Source: Candidatus Thorarchaeota archaeon (GTDB lineage: Archaea > Asgardarchaeota > Thorarchaeia > Thorarchaeales > Thorarchaeaceae). From it: a stretch of 64,000 nt of DNA. The notes beneath the pieces are model-generated. The model was not told the DNA's origin. It saw only the letters and a program-made list of their open reading frames with translations, and made no database searches. Made by a program: the position numbers and the translations under genes. The stretch lies in assembly GCA_016933575.1 (NCBI GenBank), contig JAFGAR010000088.1:203764-267763 (forward strand), in the 5' to 3' direction. Shown in pieces: positions 49,340 to 59,783 of the stretch; the first letter of the stretch is position 1; every line of letters begins with the position of its first letter.

Positions 49340-51256
49340 ATGGTCGACACAGAACGGTATCAGAAACTCGGATTGATGGTTGGTCTCGAGCTTCATCAGC
49401 AACTTAATACTGACAGAAAATTGTATTGTCATTGCCCTACAACAACTCGTGATGATGAACCTGATGGTACATTCATCAGAAGACTGCGACCTACTCAGAG
49501 TGAGATGGGTGAGGTTGACCCAGCAGCACTCTTCGAGTTTCAGAAACAGAAAAGATTCTGTTATGAGTACTATAACGAAACAACATGTCTTGTTGAATCT
49601 GATGAAGAACCTCCACATGATTTGTGTGAAGACGCGATAGATATCTGTCTGACTGTCGCAAATTTTCTTCATTCCATGCCTGTTGATGAAATTCACCCAA
49701 TGCGAAAGATTGTCATCGATGGATCGAACACCACAGGTTTTCAACGTACTGCAATTATTGCTAATGGCGGAGAGATATCTGTAGGCGGAAAATCCATTGG
49801 AATTCAGACCATTTGTCTCGAAGAAGATGCAGCCCGTAAGATTGCCGATGACGATAAAAATAACATGAGAATATACAGACTAGATCGTCTCGGTATCCCT
49901 TTAATTGAAGTTGCAACAGACCCCGATATTCGCTCTCCTTCTGAAGCACAAGAGGTCGCACTAGCAATAGGTCTTCTGTTAAGATCAACTGGACGAGTCA
50001 AACGAGGACTTGGAACAATTCGTCAAGATGTCAATGTATCCATTAGGAATGGAGCTATCATTGAAATCAAAGGGTTTCAGCAACTTGATATGCTATCTAC
50101 ACTTATCGAATTAGAAGCTTTCCGACAAGCAAAATTACTTGAAATCCGTGACACTCTGAAGACTCGCGGCATCACCCAAGAGGATATCAATCAAAAGTCC
50201 ATTGATATTACGGACGTGTTCACAAAGACCGAATCAAAAGTGATTAGAAATGCCATCACGAATGATGGAGTTGTATATGCAATACGTCTTCCTGGTTTTT
50301 CAGGTCTTATTGGCATGGAAATTCAACCCGAACGTCGTCTAGGAACCGAATTTTCTGATTATGCAAAGTTCTGGGGAAGCGTAGGTGGAATATTCCACTC
50401 CGATGAACTACCAAAGTATGGAATTACAGATAATGATGTATTAAAGGTCCGTAAATTGCTAAGAGCTAAAGAAGAAGATGCTGTAGTTATCGTTGCATCC
50501 TCAAAACAGAATTGTCAGGACGCTTTGGATGCAGTTATTCTTCGTGCAAAAGAGGCTGTAAAAGGTGTGCCAGCCGAAACTCGAACTCCGCTTCCAAATG
50601 GCACTTCAAAGTATGCTCGTCCTAGACCTGGTTCATCACGAATGTATCCCGAAACTGATGTGAGACCGGTAAAGATTACGGAGTTTCGTCTAAATAAAAT
50701 CAAGAAGAATATGCCTGAAACAATAGAGCATCGTGAGAAGAGATTCATCAAAGAATACGGGTTGAGTGCTGACCTTGCGTATCAAATTACAAGGTCAATA
50801 AACCTAGATATTTTTGAACACGTGATCAAAGAAACCGAAGTCGCACCAACACTTGTTGCCGCAACTTTGGAAAATACTCTTGTTAGTCTCTCCAGAGATC
50901 AAGTTCCTACTGAGAATTTACAAGAACATCACTTTATTGATCTATTCAAATCCATTGAGAAGAATAAATTATCATCAGAGGCAATACCAACAATACTCAC
51001 TCATCTTGCCAACAATCCTAATCAAAGTATTGAAGCCGCCTTACAAGCTACAGACTTAGCTATGGCAAGTAGCATAGAAATTGAAGTTGCTATTAGGAGA
51101 ATTGTAAAAGAAAGAGAAGGTTTCATTCGAGAACAAGGAGAGCGTTCGATAGGAGGGCTCATGGGCCTAGTCATGAAGGAATTTGGCGGAAAAATTGATG
51201 GGAAAATTGTTAGAGATCTTCTATTAGTAGAGATTCGAAAACTGCTAGAAATGTAA
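49340..51256 (+). CDS. gatE: Glu-tRNA(Gln) amidotransferase subunit E
   Basis: GLELHQQL, RKIVIDGSNTTGFQRT, LDRLGIPL.E, RMYPETD. Confidence 0.97.
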   Translation: MVDTERYQKLGLMVGLELHQQLNTDRKLYCHCPTTTRDDEPDGTFIRRLRPTQSEMGEVDPAALFEFQKQKRFCYEYYNETTCLVESDEEPPHDLCEDAIDICLTVANFLHSMPVDEIHPMRKIVIDGSNTTGFQRTAIIANGGEISVGGKSIGIQTICLEEDAARKIADDDKNNMRIYRLDRLGIPLIEVATDPDIRSPSEAQEVALAIGLLLRSTGRVKRGLGTIRQDVNVSIRNGAIIEIKGFQQLDMLSTLIELEAFRQAKLLEIRDTLKTRGITQEDINQKSIDITDVFTKTESKVIRNAITNDGVVYAIRLPGFSGLIGMEIQPERRLGTEFSDYAKFWGSVGGIFHSDELPKYGITDNDVLKVRKLLRAKEEDAVVIVASSKQNCQDALDAVILRAKEAVKGVPAETRTPLPNGTSKYARPRPGSSRMYPETDVRPVKITEFRLNKIKKNMPETIEHREKRFIKEYGLSADLAYQITRSINLDIFEHVIKETEVAPTLVAATLENTLVSLSRDQVPTENLQEHHFIDLFKSIEKNKLSSEAIPTILTHLANNPNQSIEAALQATDLAMASSIEIEVAIRRIVKEREGFIREQGERSIGGLMGLVMKEFGGKIDGKIVRDLLLVEIRKLLEM

Positions 51257-51321
51257 TAGCCTGTACAGATTGAAGGTTAACTTTTAATAGATAATCTGAA
51301 CGTGTGCCTCTACTTGATAAT

Positions 51322-51493
51322 GCCGCAGTGGCCTAGCCTGGTTAAGGCGCGAGACTCATAATCTGGCCGACATTGCGCGGTCTAAACTTGGGGTCACTGT
51401 CTCATGCCCGGCCCGAGATGCGAAATCTCGAAATCGGGGGCTCGAAACTTCATCACATAAAGTGATGATGCGAAAATCCCCCCTGCGGCACCA
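51322..51493 (+). tRNA. Elongator tRNA-Met(CAT) with introns at 37/38 (51361-51424) and 59/60 (51447-51476)
   Basis: GCCGCAG/CTGCGGC acceptor, CGAGA-CT-CAT-A|..|A-TCTCG, intron stems GGCCG/CGGCC and TCATCAC/GTGATGA. Confidence 0.87.
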
Positions 51494-51572
51494 ATTCATT
51501 CAGTTAATCTTTTCTGAAGATTTCGTAATGGATATAGATTTTTTATGCCTCTACGTTGGAAATATTGTTGGT

Positions 51573-51812
51573 GTGAAAGTCGTGGAAGGATTTGAAGAAT
51601 CAAACATCCCCAAACCGATTCATGAGCAATTGAGAAATCATCTTGGCAAACACGTTAATGTTTGGGCTGCTGGTCGTGTATTGAGAAAGAGCGGAATATT
51701 ATTGCAAGTTGGTTTGGATTATATAGAAATAGGTCAAGTTCGGAATGAAGAAGTTGTGGAACGCCAGTATATCCTTCTTAATCAAATTTTCCTCATAGAA
51801 CCTAAAAAGTAA
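51573..51812 (+). CDS. Small protein with probable Sm/Hfq-like beta barrel
   Basis: LRNHLGKHVNV..SGILLQVGLDYIEI..YILLNQIFLIEP; start moved downstream of the tRNA. Confidence 0.45.
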   Translation: MKVVEGFEESNIPKPIHEQLRNHLGKHVNVWAAGRVLRKSGILLQVGLDYIEIGQVRNEEVVERQYILLNQIFLIEPKK

Positions 51813-51940
51813 GATATTGGTTTCTAATATGATACCGTTTCTTCATTTATAAAGAACATAGGGTTTCTATCCTTTTTAGTGCTCTTTTAGAATAACTAAT
51901 TCATTGATGGGATTATTAGGAATAATCCACACTGAAGAAT

Positions 51941-52150
51941 ATGACATGCGAGAAATGGAAACTAGTTGGTGGTCGTGTCTATAGACTCGCAGAGGTCTTT
52001 GATAATATGTTAGACGCAGTAAGTCTTGCAAGAGAAATGAAGAAATCAGATCATGTATTTCTATCGAAGACAAAGGACAACCAATGGGCTGTATACTGGC
52101 GAGCTAGACGACCTCAGATTCAATGTGAAGCGAAATATTACAGCGTCTAA
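51941..52150 (+). CDS. Hypothetical protein
   Basis: 69-aa ATG ORF filling an intergenic gap. Confidence 0.5.
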   Translation: MTCEKWKLVGGRVYRLAEVFDNMLDAVSLAREMKKSDHVFLSKTKDNQWAVYWRARRPQIQCEAKYYSV

Positions 52151-52193
52151 CAATCATGTGGGTGTTTAATACCGTAGAACTATACCCAAGTCT

Positions 52194-52505
52194 ATGATAT
52201 CCGACCCACAATTTACTGAAGCTGGAATAGATGATAGACAAATCAGAGTTCAGTCTTTAGGTCAGCTAATCACTACAGAAAACCAAGGGCAGTTCGAGAA
52301 ATTACTAAGAGGCATATCATGGTCTGGTGTAGTTGAAATCACTGATTGGTCGTTATATGCAATAGAGGCATTAATCAAAGTCTGTGCAGATGAAAACTTA
52401 TCTCTCACATTAAAGCACGAGGCGAGATTTTTTATGCCAATACACTTTCCCCAAGGAAAGATGCTTAAATCATTTGCAAAAGCACTGATTGCTGGCAACC
52501 TTTAG
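52194..52505 (+). CDS. Hypothetical protein
   Basis: 103-aa ATG ORF co-oriented with its neighbours. Confidence 0.55.
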   Translation: MISDPQFTEAGIDDRQIRVQSLGQLITTENQGQFEKLLRGISWSGVVEITDWSLYAIEALIKVCADENLSLTLKHEARFFMPIHFPQGKMLKSFAKALIAGNL

Positions 52506-52581
52506 TCATATAATCTCTTTCTTTTCTATCTAACAATCTCTTTATTGGGGTCTTACTCTATACAAAACGTGGTGATAGAAT

Positions 52582-53787
52582 TTGGAATTCACTTTCAAGA
52601 CGCTAGATGATGTTGACTATATTGGAAAACGAATTCTTGTTCGTATTGACATGAATTGTTCTGTTGATCCTGAAACAAAGCAAATTACAGATAGTTCTAG
52701 AATTGATGCAGCACGACAGACTCTGGAAGAACTCTCAAAAAGTAAAGTAGCACTCATGGCTCATCAAGGTCGTCCTGGAAGTGAGGATTTCATTTCATTG
52801 GTGCAACACACAGATATTCTAAGAGATTTAGGGTTTAATGCAAAATATGTTGATGATATCTTTGGTCCAACCGCAAAAAATGCCATAAAACAACTAAAAA
52901 ATGGAGAAATCCTTGTACTTCAAAACGTGAGAAATTTTGATGGTGAGATGAAAAACGCCTCTCCAGAAGAGGTCGCCCTCGAGCCAATAGTACAAGAGCT
53001 TTATCCTCTTTTCGATTTGTTTGTCAATGATGCTTTTGGCGCTGCTCATCGTTCTCAAGCATCGCTCGTAGGTTTTACTGTTGTTCTTCCTTCCGTAGCT
53101 GGAAGGCTCGTTGAAAAAGAAATCCGTACACTTATCGCTGCAACAGACACCGAACAACATCCTTGGACGCTTGTCCTTGGGGGCAGTAAGGTTGAAGACA
53201 AGGTAAAGACTCTGAACAAACTGTTGTCGACTGGTCGGGTGGATAATGCACTGCTAGGTGGACTTATCGGAACATTGTTTCTAATTGCAGATAACAAGGT
53301 ACCGGAGTCATATTCTGCCCCAATAGAAGGATTCGATGCAGCAATTGAAACAGCTAGAGAATTATTATCAAAATTCAGCGATGTACTTATTCTTCCTGAG
53401 GATGCTTCAGTGGAACGTGATAATCAGAGAATCGATTGCGGATTCAAAGATATGAATGGAGATCCATTTCTAGATATTGGCCCCCAAACTGTCAAGAAGT
53501 ATATCTCGATAATCAAGAGTTCCGCAGTAGTCTTTGGGAATGGACCAATGGGTTATTTTGAGAAAGAAGAATTCGCCACTGGAACTGTTGAGGTACTTCG
53601 AGCAATTGCTCAATGTAAAGGCGTTACTGTAGTTGGTGGTGGTCATATGGGTGCAATGGCAGTAAAGATGAATCTTGAAAATAGTATTACCCATATTAGC
53701 ACAGGCGGTGGAGCCACAATCAATTTTCTCACAGGAAAGAAACTTGATCTTATAGCTGCTCTGGAAGAAGCTGCAAAACGGATGTAA
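52582..53787 (+). CDS. pgk: Phosphoglycerate kinase
   Basis: VRIDMN, HQGRPG, NDAFGAAHR, LGGSKV.DK, NGPMG.FE, HISTGGGA. Confidence 0.97.
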   Translation: MEFTFKTLDDVDYIGKRILVRIDMNCSVDPETKQITDSSRIDAARQTLEELSKSKVALMAHQGRPGSEDFISLVQHTDILRDLGFNAKYVDDIFGPTAKNAIKQLKNGEILVLQNVRNFDGEMKNASPEEVALEPIVQELYPLFDLFVNDAFGAAHRSQASLVGFTVVLPSVAGRLVEKEIRTLIAATDTEQHPWTLVLGGSKVEDKVKTLNKLLSTGRVDNALLGGLIGTLFLIADNKVPESYSAPIEGFDAAIETARELLSKFSDVLILPEDASVERDNQRIDCGFKDMNGDPFLDIGPQTVKKYISIIKSSAVVFGNGPMGYFEKEEFATGTVEVLRAIAQCKGVTVVGGGHMGAMAVKMNLENSITHISTGGGATINFLTGKKLDLIAALEEAAKRM

Positions 53788-53793
53788 AACATC

Positions 53794-54084
53794 ATGCAAG
53801 TATCCGATATTATCTATATAGGTCCATTAGTGTATATCATCATAATCAATATCATTGCATTTCTAGCTATGTTGTGGGATAAAAGAAAGGCATCCCATAA
53901 TGAATGGCGGGTGGCTGAAACAACATTGTATATACTTGGTTTCTTAGGTGGTGCTATTGGTATCCTTGTAGGGATGTACAAGTTTCGTCACAAGACCAAA
54001 AAGAGAACTTTCCAGGTAATAGCTATTGTTGGTTTGATTATATCACTAGTAATCTATTTTATTGTAATATCCCATTACATCTAA
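53794..54084 (+). CDS. DUF1294 membrane protein
   Basis: DKRKA..WRVAE.TL..LGG..G..M.KFRHKTKK. Confidence 0.9.
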   Translation: MQVSDIIYIGPLVYIIIINIIAFLAMLWDKRKASHNEWRVAETTLYILGFLGGAIGILVGMYKFRHKTKKRTFQVIAIVGLIISLVIYFIVISHYI

Positions 54085-54132
54085 GACAATTGTATTACAA
54101 CTATTAATTCATGAAAAAAAGAAAAGTAAAGA

Positions 54133-54165
54133 TGGAGCCCCAGGCGCGAATTGAACGCGCGACCT
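54133..54165 (-). pseudogene. Isolated 3' half of a tRNA (Thr-like), att-like remnant
   Basis: AGGTC-GCGCG-TTCAATT-CGCGC-CTGGGGC-T-CCA with no recognisable D or anticodon arm upstream. Confidence 0.75.
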
Positions 54166-54300
54166 CACTACAAAGATATAATGTGAGTCACTTTTTTAAT
54201 CGTATTATTTAGTGAGAATATAACATAAAAAGAACATGAGATAAAAAGAAGTCCTTAAGAGGAAAATAGTTCAAGCCAGTCTGGGGTGCGTAGTCTAGTA

Positions 54301-57300
54301 CTATTTGATTAGTTTTTCACTCTTCATTTTTTGAACGCATTCTTTCACTGCCTTGTCCATATCATCATCGCTGAGATTGAACTCGGTAAGTAGTGACTTG
54401 ACTTCATTCACAAAATACTCTCTCCTGAGAAATCCTAATTGTCTGATGTCATGGAGATGCTTAGTAACAGGAACTTTGTAAGTTTCAAGTTCAGACACAA
54501 GGACTACATAAAGCACTTTTCCGCCAACAGCATCTTGGTCAATAGTGACATAGTCAAATTTCGCTCGTGCCTTATCCTCTTTTACTCCATAAATCTCAAT
54601 GGCTTCAACTATTACTCCTTTTAGCTTTGACGTCAAGTTTCTGTTTGTTGTTATTCCTAACTCTTGGAGAAAACCTGTCAGTTCACTCTCCAATAGGTCT
54701 TGAACTTCAAATCGATACCGTAATGCAACATTCTTCTCATTGATTCGTTTCTCTGTGGTCTGTCCTGTACCTTTCTCTCGTACACCAATTATTACATACT
54801 CAGGTTCAATAGTGATATATGGAATCCATCTGTCAGGATTCTGCAAGTATACTCCAGGGAGATGTGAATCATATTTTTGTCCTAACACCTGTGCTATCAT
54901 TGTACGAAGATGCCAAGACTCTTTAATCTCGTCGATACAGTCTTGTCTGATTACTAGATCAAAGGTATGACCTGCCCATTCTTGTTTTTCTTCAGACCAA
55001 TAGATAATCTCTTGTGATTCCAAGAGAGAACGTACCTGAGCATCGGTGAACCTAGTCACCATGATTTCTTGAAGTTCTGGAGAGATCTTGAATGGAGTAT
55101 TAATATTGACTCGCCAGCAGGAACCATGTTTTACACCTGGTTCGTTACTGACATGAAGAGGTTCACCATATGAACTTCCCGACCAGAAAAGATAGTGATG
55201 AGGTGTTATCTTAGCAAGAGTATGTTGTTTCTTGATATCTTCCAAGGAGATGTGTTTCAGTGGACAGGTCCAAGGGTCATGGTATAATTCAATGGTGATA
55301 TCATGCTCCATAGAAGTATTTAGCAAATCTTTTGCAGTTGGAGGCAAATTCAGACTCATTCCTGGATATGGATTATATCTAGTAACCCATGGCTTGAGTA
55401 CTGCTACATCTTCATTATATGAGATATCATTAAACCGATTCCAAATCAACCGTTGTCCAGTAACTATTACTGGTTCACATTCGTTATCAGGACGTCTGAG
55501 AATCTCAAGAAGGTCAACAGTTCTGTTGACGAGTAACTCTCCAATCAGGTTCTGAGTTCTCCTATTGATAAAGGCAGCTTTGTACATCTCATTATCTCTA
55601 TCAAGTGACACAGTACAGGTCGCTGGGGTACATCCGTCTAGCCCATTGTCGAGAATAAACATGGCCCTCAAAACCATGTCATCAGTCTTGTGATGAGGTT
55701 GTCGAACCTCATCATACTCGATAGGCTGGAGGTAACGAATCTCTGACAGTTCAAGGGTGCGTATCAGCGTGACATCTTCGTATCTTCTAGTTGTATAGTG
55801 AAGTCTTCCTATTGGAATCCATTTTTTGTTCTCTCTATCATCAATCCAGAGAATCTGTTCTCCATATTGTTCTGCCACAAGAATTCGTATTCGAGTTCCA
55901 TCACCCTGGAGTCGTGCATGCCAGCTTAGTAGACTGATATCACTCTCACTCCAGAGAGTCTTTCCCGAAACCATCTCTTGGAGAACTTCTCTTGGATCAA
56001 GGGTAGGATCAATTCCTCGTGGGTTTAAGAATGCTACATTCATATCATTGATTCCCGGACTACGTTGAAACAATAACCAAAGAAGGGTCGAGTCAGTAGC
56101 TCCCGAGGATGGTAGGACTATCATCTGTCCGAACCTAATCTTGGTCAATGTTTTCTGTTTGTCAAGCATCCTATTCTTATCTACGATTCTCTTCCGTAAT
56201 CGTTCCAAGAGCTTGTGTCTATCAAGGACTGAGTCCCCCATAGTGTGAGTCTTAGGATAGACTGGCTTCATTCCCAGACCGATGAGATGCCACGGTCGAA
56301 CATAGTCCCATAGAGATGCTAATGTCTGTGGAAATACTACTTCTGGATTGCTACCTACGGTAGCAAGTATCAGAAGAAAGAGATGATTTCCTATTAAGAG
56401 AAGGATATCTGGGTGCTTCATCTGCATGGTATTCACATGCTCTTTCTGTGCCATTGAGAGGTTTCTTGAGATGGAACGATATGGAAGTAATCTCTCCCAA
56501 ATTCGTTTGCTCAACGTACTGGTTTCCAGAGTCTGACGGACCAGACGTAATGTGTTCAAGAGAGAGGTCGTGTCTTCTGGGTGAATCTCTGGTAGTATTT
56601 TCTCAATCTGATCAAGTAGCTCGATCAAATCAACATCAGTATCTTGTTTCAGAAACTTGATTGTGCCAAATAAGTGGCGTATCTCGGTCAGCGCAATTTT
56701 CCTGCAATCCATCTCATAGTTCGTAAGATAATACTCTGAGGGGGGTCGTGTTGTCCTCTGTTGTTGAGGGACTGCAAGTCGCATCTCTCTGGTTTCTCTT
56801 CTTCTATTGATATCGATTATAGGTAGTAAGAGCTTTACTCTCCCATCCTTCTCTAACTCTTTCTGAACTTGAGTTGGATTGAATATCAGTCGGGGTATGA
56901 CGTCTTGAGGTATACTATATTCTGCTGATACTTCTTCAATCTCAAGATCGAAATCTGAGCGTGGTACAGGATTATACTCTTGATGAGGTAACAGATGTGG
57001 TATCAGTTCCATTATCTGTTTAAATTGCTGCTCTCCATACCAATTACTATGCTGGACATCACCACCAATCCTATAATGAACCTCAGTGCTAGTACGTCCA
57101 CCAGATTGAAAATTCTGTCCCCATCCCTGTAAAGGAGCAATCTCAATTATTTTGAAATCTGGAGACCTCCCTGGTCGTTCTATGATTATACCTCGTTCAT
57201 GATAATTTGTTGACACTTGTGCTCTCGAACGTTCTGGAGGCATAGGAACGTTCCAGATGATGATATCAACAATATTCTGCCATACAGAGTCCTGATAGAA

Positions 57301-59598
57301 AGGTGCTACACATCTTGTGGAATAGGTAATACTGTTCTGAGCAATTGGCACAGATCGTGCAAACCACACGATAGTACTCTTCGCAGGGACCGAATTGGAG
57401 AGGAGTGTGACAATCTCATCAAGATACTTCTTATGAGATTCTGGAGTACTCTGACGAAGATGTTCCCATCCGGAAACCACAATCAGCGGATTTTGACTTC
57501 CAGTCAATTGATTCTGAAGCCATGTTCGGATGTGACTGATTGACGCACCTTCGTAGATAAAAGATTGAATACGGTCTGAGAGAGACCTCATCAGAACTCT
57601 CTCTCTGAAGAAACGTCTGATTGACCTATCCTGGTACTTGATTCGAAACTGTTTCTTTCTCAGAACAAAGTCTGTGTATTCTCCAATTAGATCAAACCAG
57701 TACACATCTCGATGTCGTCTTTTAGCAAGACTGTGAATGTACTCAAGTCCGTGCCAGCGTTCTGCAATGGATGCTGCAGACTGAGAAGGAGCACTGCTAC
57801 CAGAAACTGTAAGATAGAGTTGAAACTCTTTTCGATCCTCTACTCGATACTTGAAGGGTTTCTGCGGCTGGGGGATGTCCAGTTCTTCAGTTCCTGTGTT
57901 TGGTTGTGTCACAGCTAGCATCCGCATTACAATTCTGAGATTATTCTGTCCCTTTGCTGGAACGAGAAGATCTCCTGTTGATAATGTTCCATCGATACAA
58001 CCCTGATATGCCTTCAATACCAACGGAAGGACTGCCTCACTGATCTCTCTCCAATTCTGGCACGAATCGACAATCAAAACAGCCTTTGCCAGACTCTTTT
58101 GTGCATCAAAGTCCTTCCACATGAATCTCTGATAATCAGCAAGTACCGCTTGTTCATATGCATCTAGCTGTTCTACTTCGTAGGTATCAGGAGTTGTAGA
58201 TAGAGTATTTTTCCACTCATCATCAGTCATCTCACGATGGTTCAGGAAAAACTCTCGGACCACATTCTCCTTGTCCTTAGAGTGTGACTCTGTTCCATAG
58301 ATATCAAAATCAAAAGCACTCTTGGTCTTCAGGTCAATTATCATGAAGGGTTCACAGATAATGATAGAGGGAGCACCATCAACACGGGTCTGTTTCTTTG
58401 CGCGTGCAAGGATAAAGTCAAGTCGCCCTCTTCCATCATCAACAGGGAGTTCTGAGAGCAAGATTAGTCCGCTATTATCATAGGCCATCTCTGTTCCATG
58501 ATAGATAATTCCATTGAAACTAAAGGGACTCTGAAAATTCTTGCTAACGAATCGATGAATCTTGACCCCTAATCTTCTACTTTGTTCTTGATATTCTTGT
58601 AGAAGACCCACAGAGTCCGTTTCATCTAGAATACCATTCTCCAATAGTTTATCAAGAGTCTGTAATGATTCATCTAGGATGGCCCCATTTCGTCTTGTTT
58701 GAGTAACAACATCTTGGAGAATGTGGCTCTCTGTACCCTTATCCATCTTCTTGTTCTGATCCTCATTTATCTCTTCAATCTCAATAGGAACATCCTCTGT
58801 GGTAGATTGCATAACCTCTGCTGTAATCGACTGATGTTTTCCATTACGAATGCCATACTCATTCTGTATCAGTTCAACAACAACCCTAAGTTCCCGTAGT
58901 CCTTCTCTGACATAGTTTGACAATCCAGATCTCCGTTCAGAATATACATAGTCCAGAAAGGGGAGAAGTCTGAGTAGAAGCATATCGACATATCTCTTTG
59001 CATCTTTTATCGGAACACCATACTTCAGACACTGCCGTCCGAGTTCCATGAGGGGACTTCTAATCATATCAGCAAAGTCAAGTTCCGGAAGATGATTATG
59101 TCTGACAGGATAGAATGGTACCTTTGAGGATCCATGATATCCATCGATTATTTTTCCATCATCAATCTCAACAGAAACTGGTTTTGGGAAGAAATATCTC
59201 CCTTTTGTGACATCTCGTAGCCTACCTCCTGTATAGTCCCATATAATATTGAGATACTTCTTTGTTCCGTCTTCTCGTTTCACTCGTTTTGTTTCTGTAT
59301 TCCCATACCGGACTGAGGTCTTCAAAAGAATTCGAGTGAAGCTTCGTCGAATGTTGTTTTCAGCCTTGAGCAAAGGTGTTGCATCAGGACTACCATCTCT
59401 TACTGTCTGTTGATATTCTTCTTTTGCAGTACTCCATACCTTTGCCATTCCTTTAATTCGTTTACCTAGTCCAAAATATAGTGCTCTAGATTTCCCTGTA
59501 GCCCTATCTCTTGCTAAGGCAAGAGTGATTGCCATCCCCATCTTGAAAGCAGTAGTAAGAATTCTTGAGGGATTTCTAGGATACAGGATATTTGTCAC
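54301..59598 (-). CDS. Very large protein with RecB/Cas4-like PD-(D/E)XK nuclease domain
   Basis: SELPV...GRLDFIL...IIDLKT...EQLDAY; remainder unassigned. Confidence 0.65.
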   Translation of the reverse strand: MTNILYPRNPSRILTTAFKMGMAITLALARDRATGKSRALYFGLGKRIKGMAKVWSTAKEEYQQTVRDGSPDATPLLKAENNIRRSFTRILLKTSVRYGNTETKRVKREDGTKKYLNIIWDYTGGRLRDVTKGRYFFPKPVSVEIDDGKIIDGYHGSSKVPFYPVRHNHLPELDFADMIRSPLMELGRQCLKYGVPIKDAKRYVDMLLLRLLPFLDYVYSERRSGLSNYVREGLRELRVVVELIQNEYGIRNGKHQSITAEVMQSTTEDVPIEIEEINEDQNKKMDKGTESHILQDVVTQTRRNGAILDESLQTLDKLLENGILDETDSVGLLQEYQEQSRRLGVKIHRFVSKNFQSPFSFNGIIYHGTEMAYDNSGLILLSELPVDDGRGRLDFILARAKKQTRVDGAPSIIICEPFMIIDLKTKSAFDFDIYGTESHSKDKENVVREFFLNHREMTDDEWKNTLSTTPDTYEVEQLDAYEQAVLADYQRFMWKDFDAQKSLAKAVLIVDSCQNWREISEAVLPLVLKAYQGCIDGTLSTGDLLVPAKGQNNLRIVMRMLAVTQPNTGTEELDIPQPQKPFKYRVEDRKEFQLYLTVSGSSAPSQSAASIAERWHGLEYIHSLAKRRHRDVYWFDLIGEYTDFVLRKKQFRIKYQDRSIRRFFRERVLMRSLSDRIQSFIYEGASISHIRTWLQNQLTGSQNPLIVVSGWEHLRQSTPESHKKYLDEIVTLLSNSVPAKSTIVWFARSVPIAQNSITYSTRCVAPFYQDSVWQNIVDIIIWNVPMPPERSRAQVSTNYHERGIIIERPGRSPDFKIIEIAPLQGWGQNFQSGGRTSTEVHYRIGGDVQHSNWYGEQQFKQIMELIPHLLPHQEYNPVPRSDFDLEIEEVSAEYSIPQDVIPRLIFNPTQVQKELEKDGRVKLLLPIIDINRRRETREMRLAVPQQQRTTRPPSEYYLTNYEMDCRKIALTEIRHLFGTIKFLKQDTDVDLIELLDQIEKILPEIHPEDTTSLLNTLRLVRQTLETSTLSKRIWERLLPYRSISRNLSMAQKEHVNTMQMKHPDILLLIGNHLFLLILATVGSNPEVVFPQTLASLWDYVRPWHLIGLGMKPVYPKTHTMGDSVLDRHKLLERLRKRIVDKNRMLDKQKTLTKIRFGQMIVLPSSGATDSTLLWLLFQRSPGINDMNVAFLNPRGIDPTLDPREVLQEMVSGKTLWSESDISLLSWHARLQGDGTRIRILVAEQYGEQILWIDDRENKKWIPIGRLHYTTRRYEDVTLIRTLELSEIRYLQPIEYDEVRQPHHKTDDMVLRAMFILDNGLDGCTPATCTVSLDRDNEMYKAAFINRRTQNLIGELLVNRTVDLLEILRRPDNECEPVIVTGQRLIWNRFNDISYNEDVAVLKPWVTRYNPYPGMSLNLPPTAKDLLNTSMEHDITIELYHDPWTCPLKHISLEDIKKQHTLAKITPHHYLFWSGSSYGEPLHVSNEPGVKHGSCWRVNINTPFKISPELQEIMVTRFTDAQVRSLLESQEIIYWSEEKQEWAGHTFDLVIRQDCIDEIKESWHLRTMIAQVLGQKYDSHLPGVYLQNPDRWIPYITIEPEYVIIGVREKGTGQTTEKRINEKNVALRYRFEVQDLLESELTGFLQELGITTNRNLTSKLKGVIVEAIEIYGVKEDKARAKFDYVTIDQDAVGGKVLYVVLVSELETYKVPVTKHLHDIRQLGFLRREYFVNEVKSLLTEFNLSDDDMDKAVKECVQKMKSEKLIK

Positions 59599-59783
59599 AA
59601 TGTCATATTTGATTAATATTTAATAAATTATTCGGGAAATTCGACATAATGAATTATTTGATTTAATGGAATATTATGGAATTATTAACGATTTTAATAA
59701 AATTATATCTTGCAGTCTTAATAAATTTATAAGATATCGAATAGACATTATTACGAGTTCAAAAGACATCTTCGGGATAAGGA

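Noticed and set aside
51462-51572. N-terminal part of the listed 116-aa ORF
   Set aside because: Overlaps tRNA-Met; a later start is more plausible
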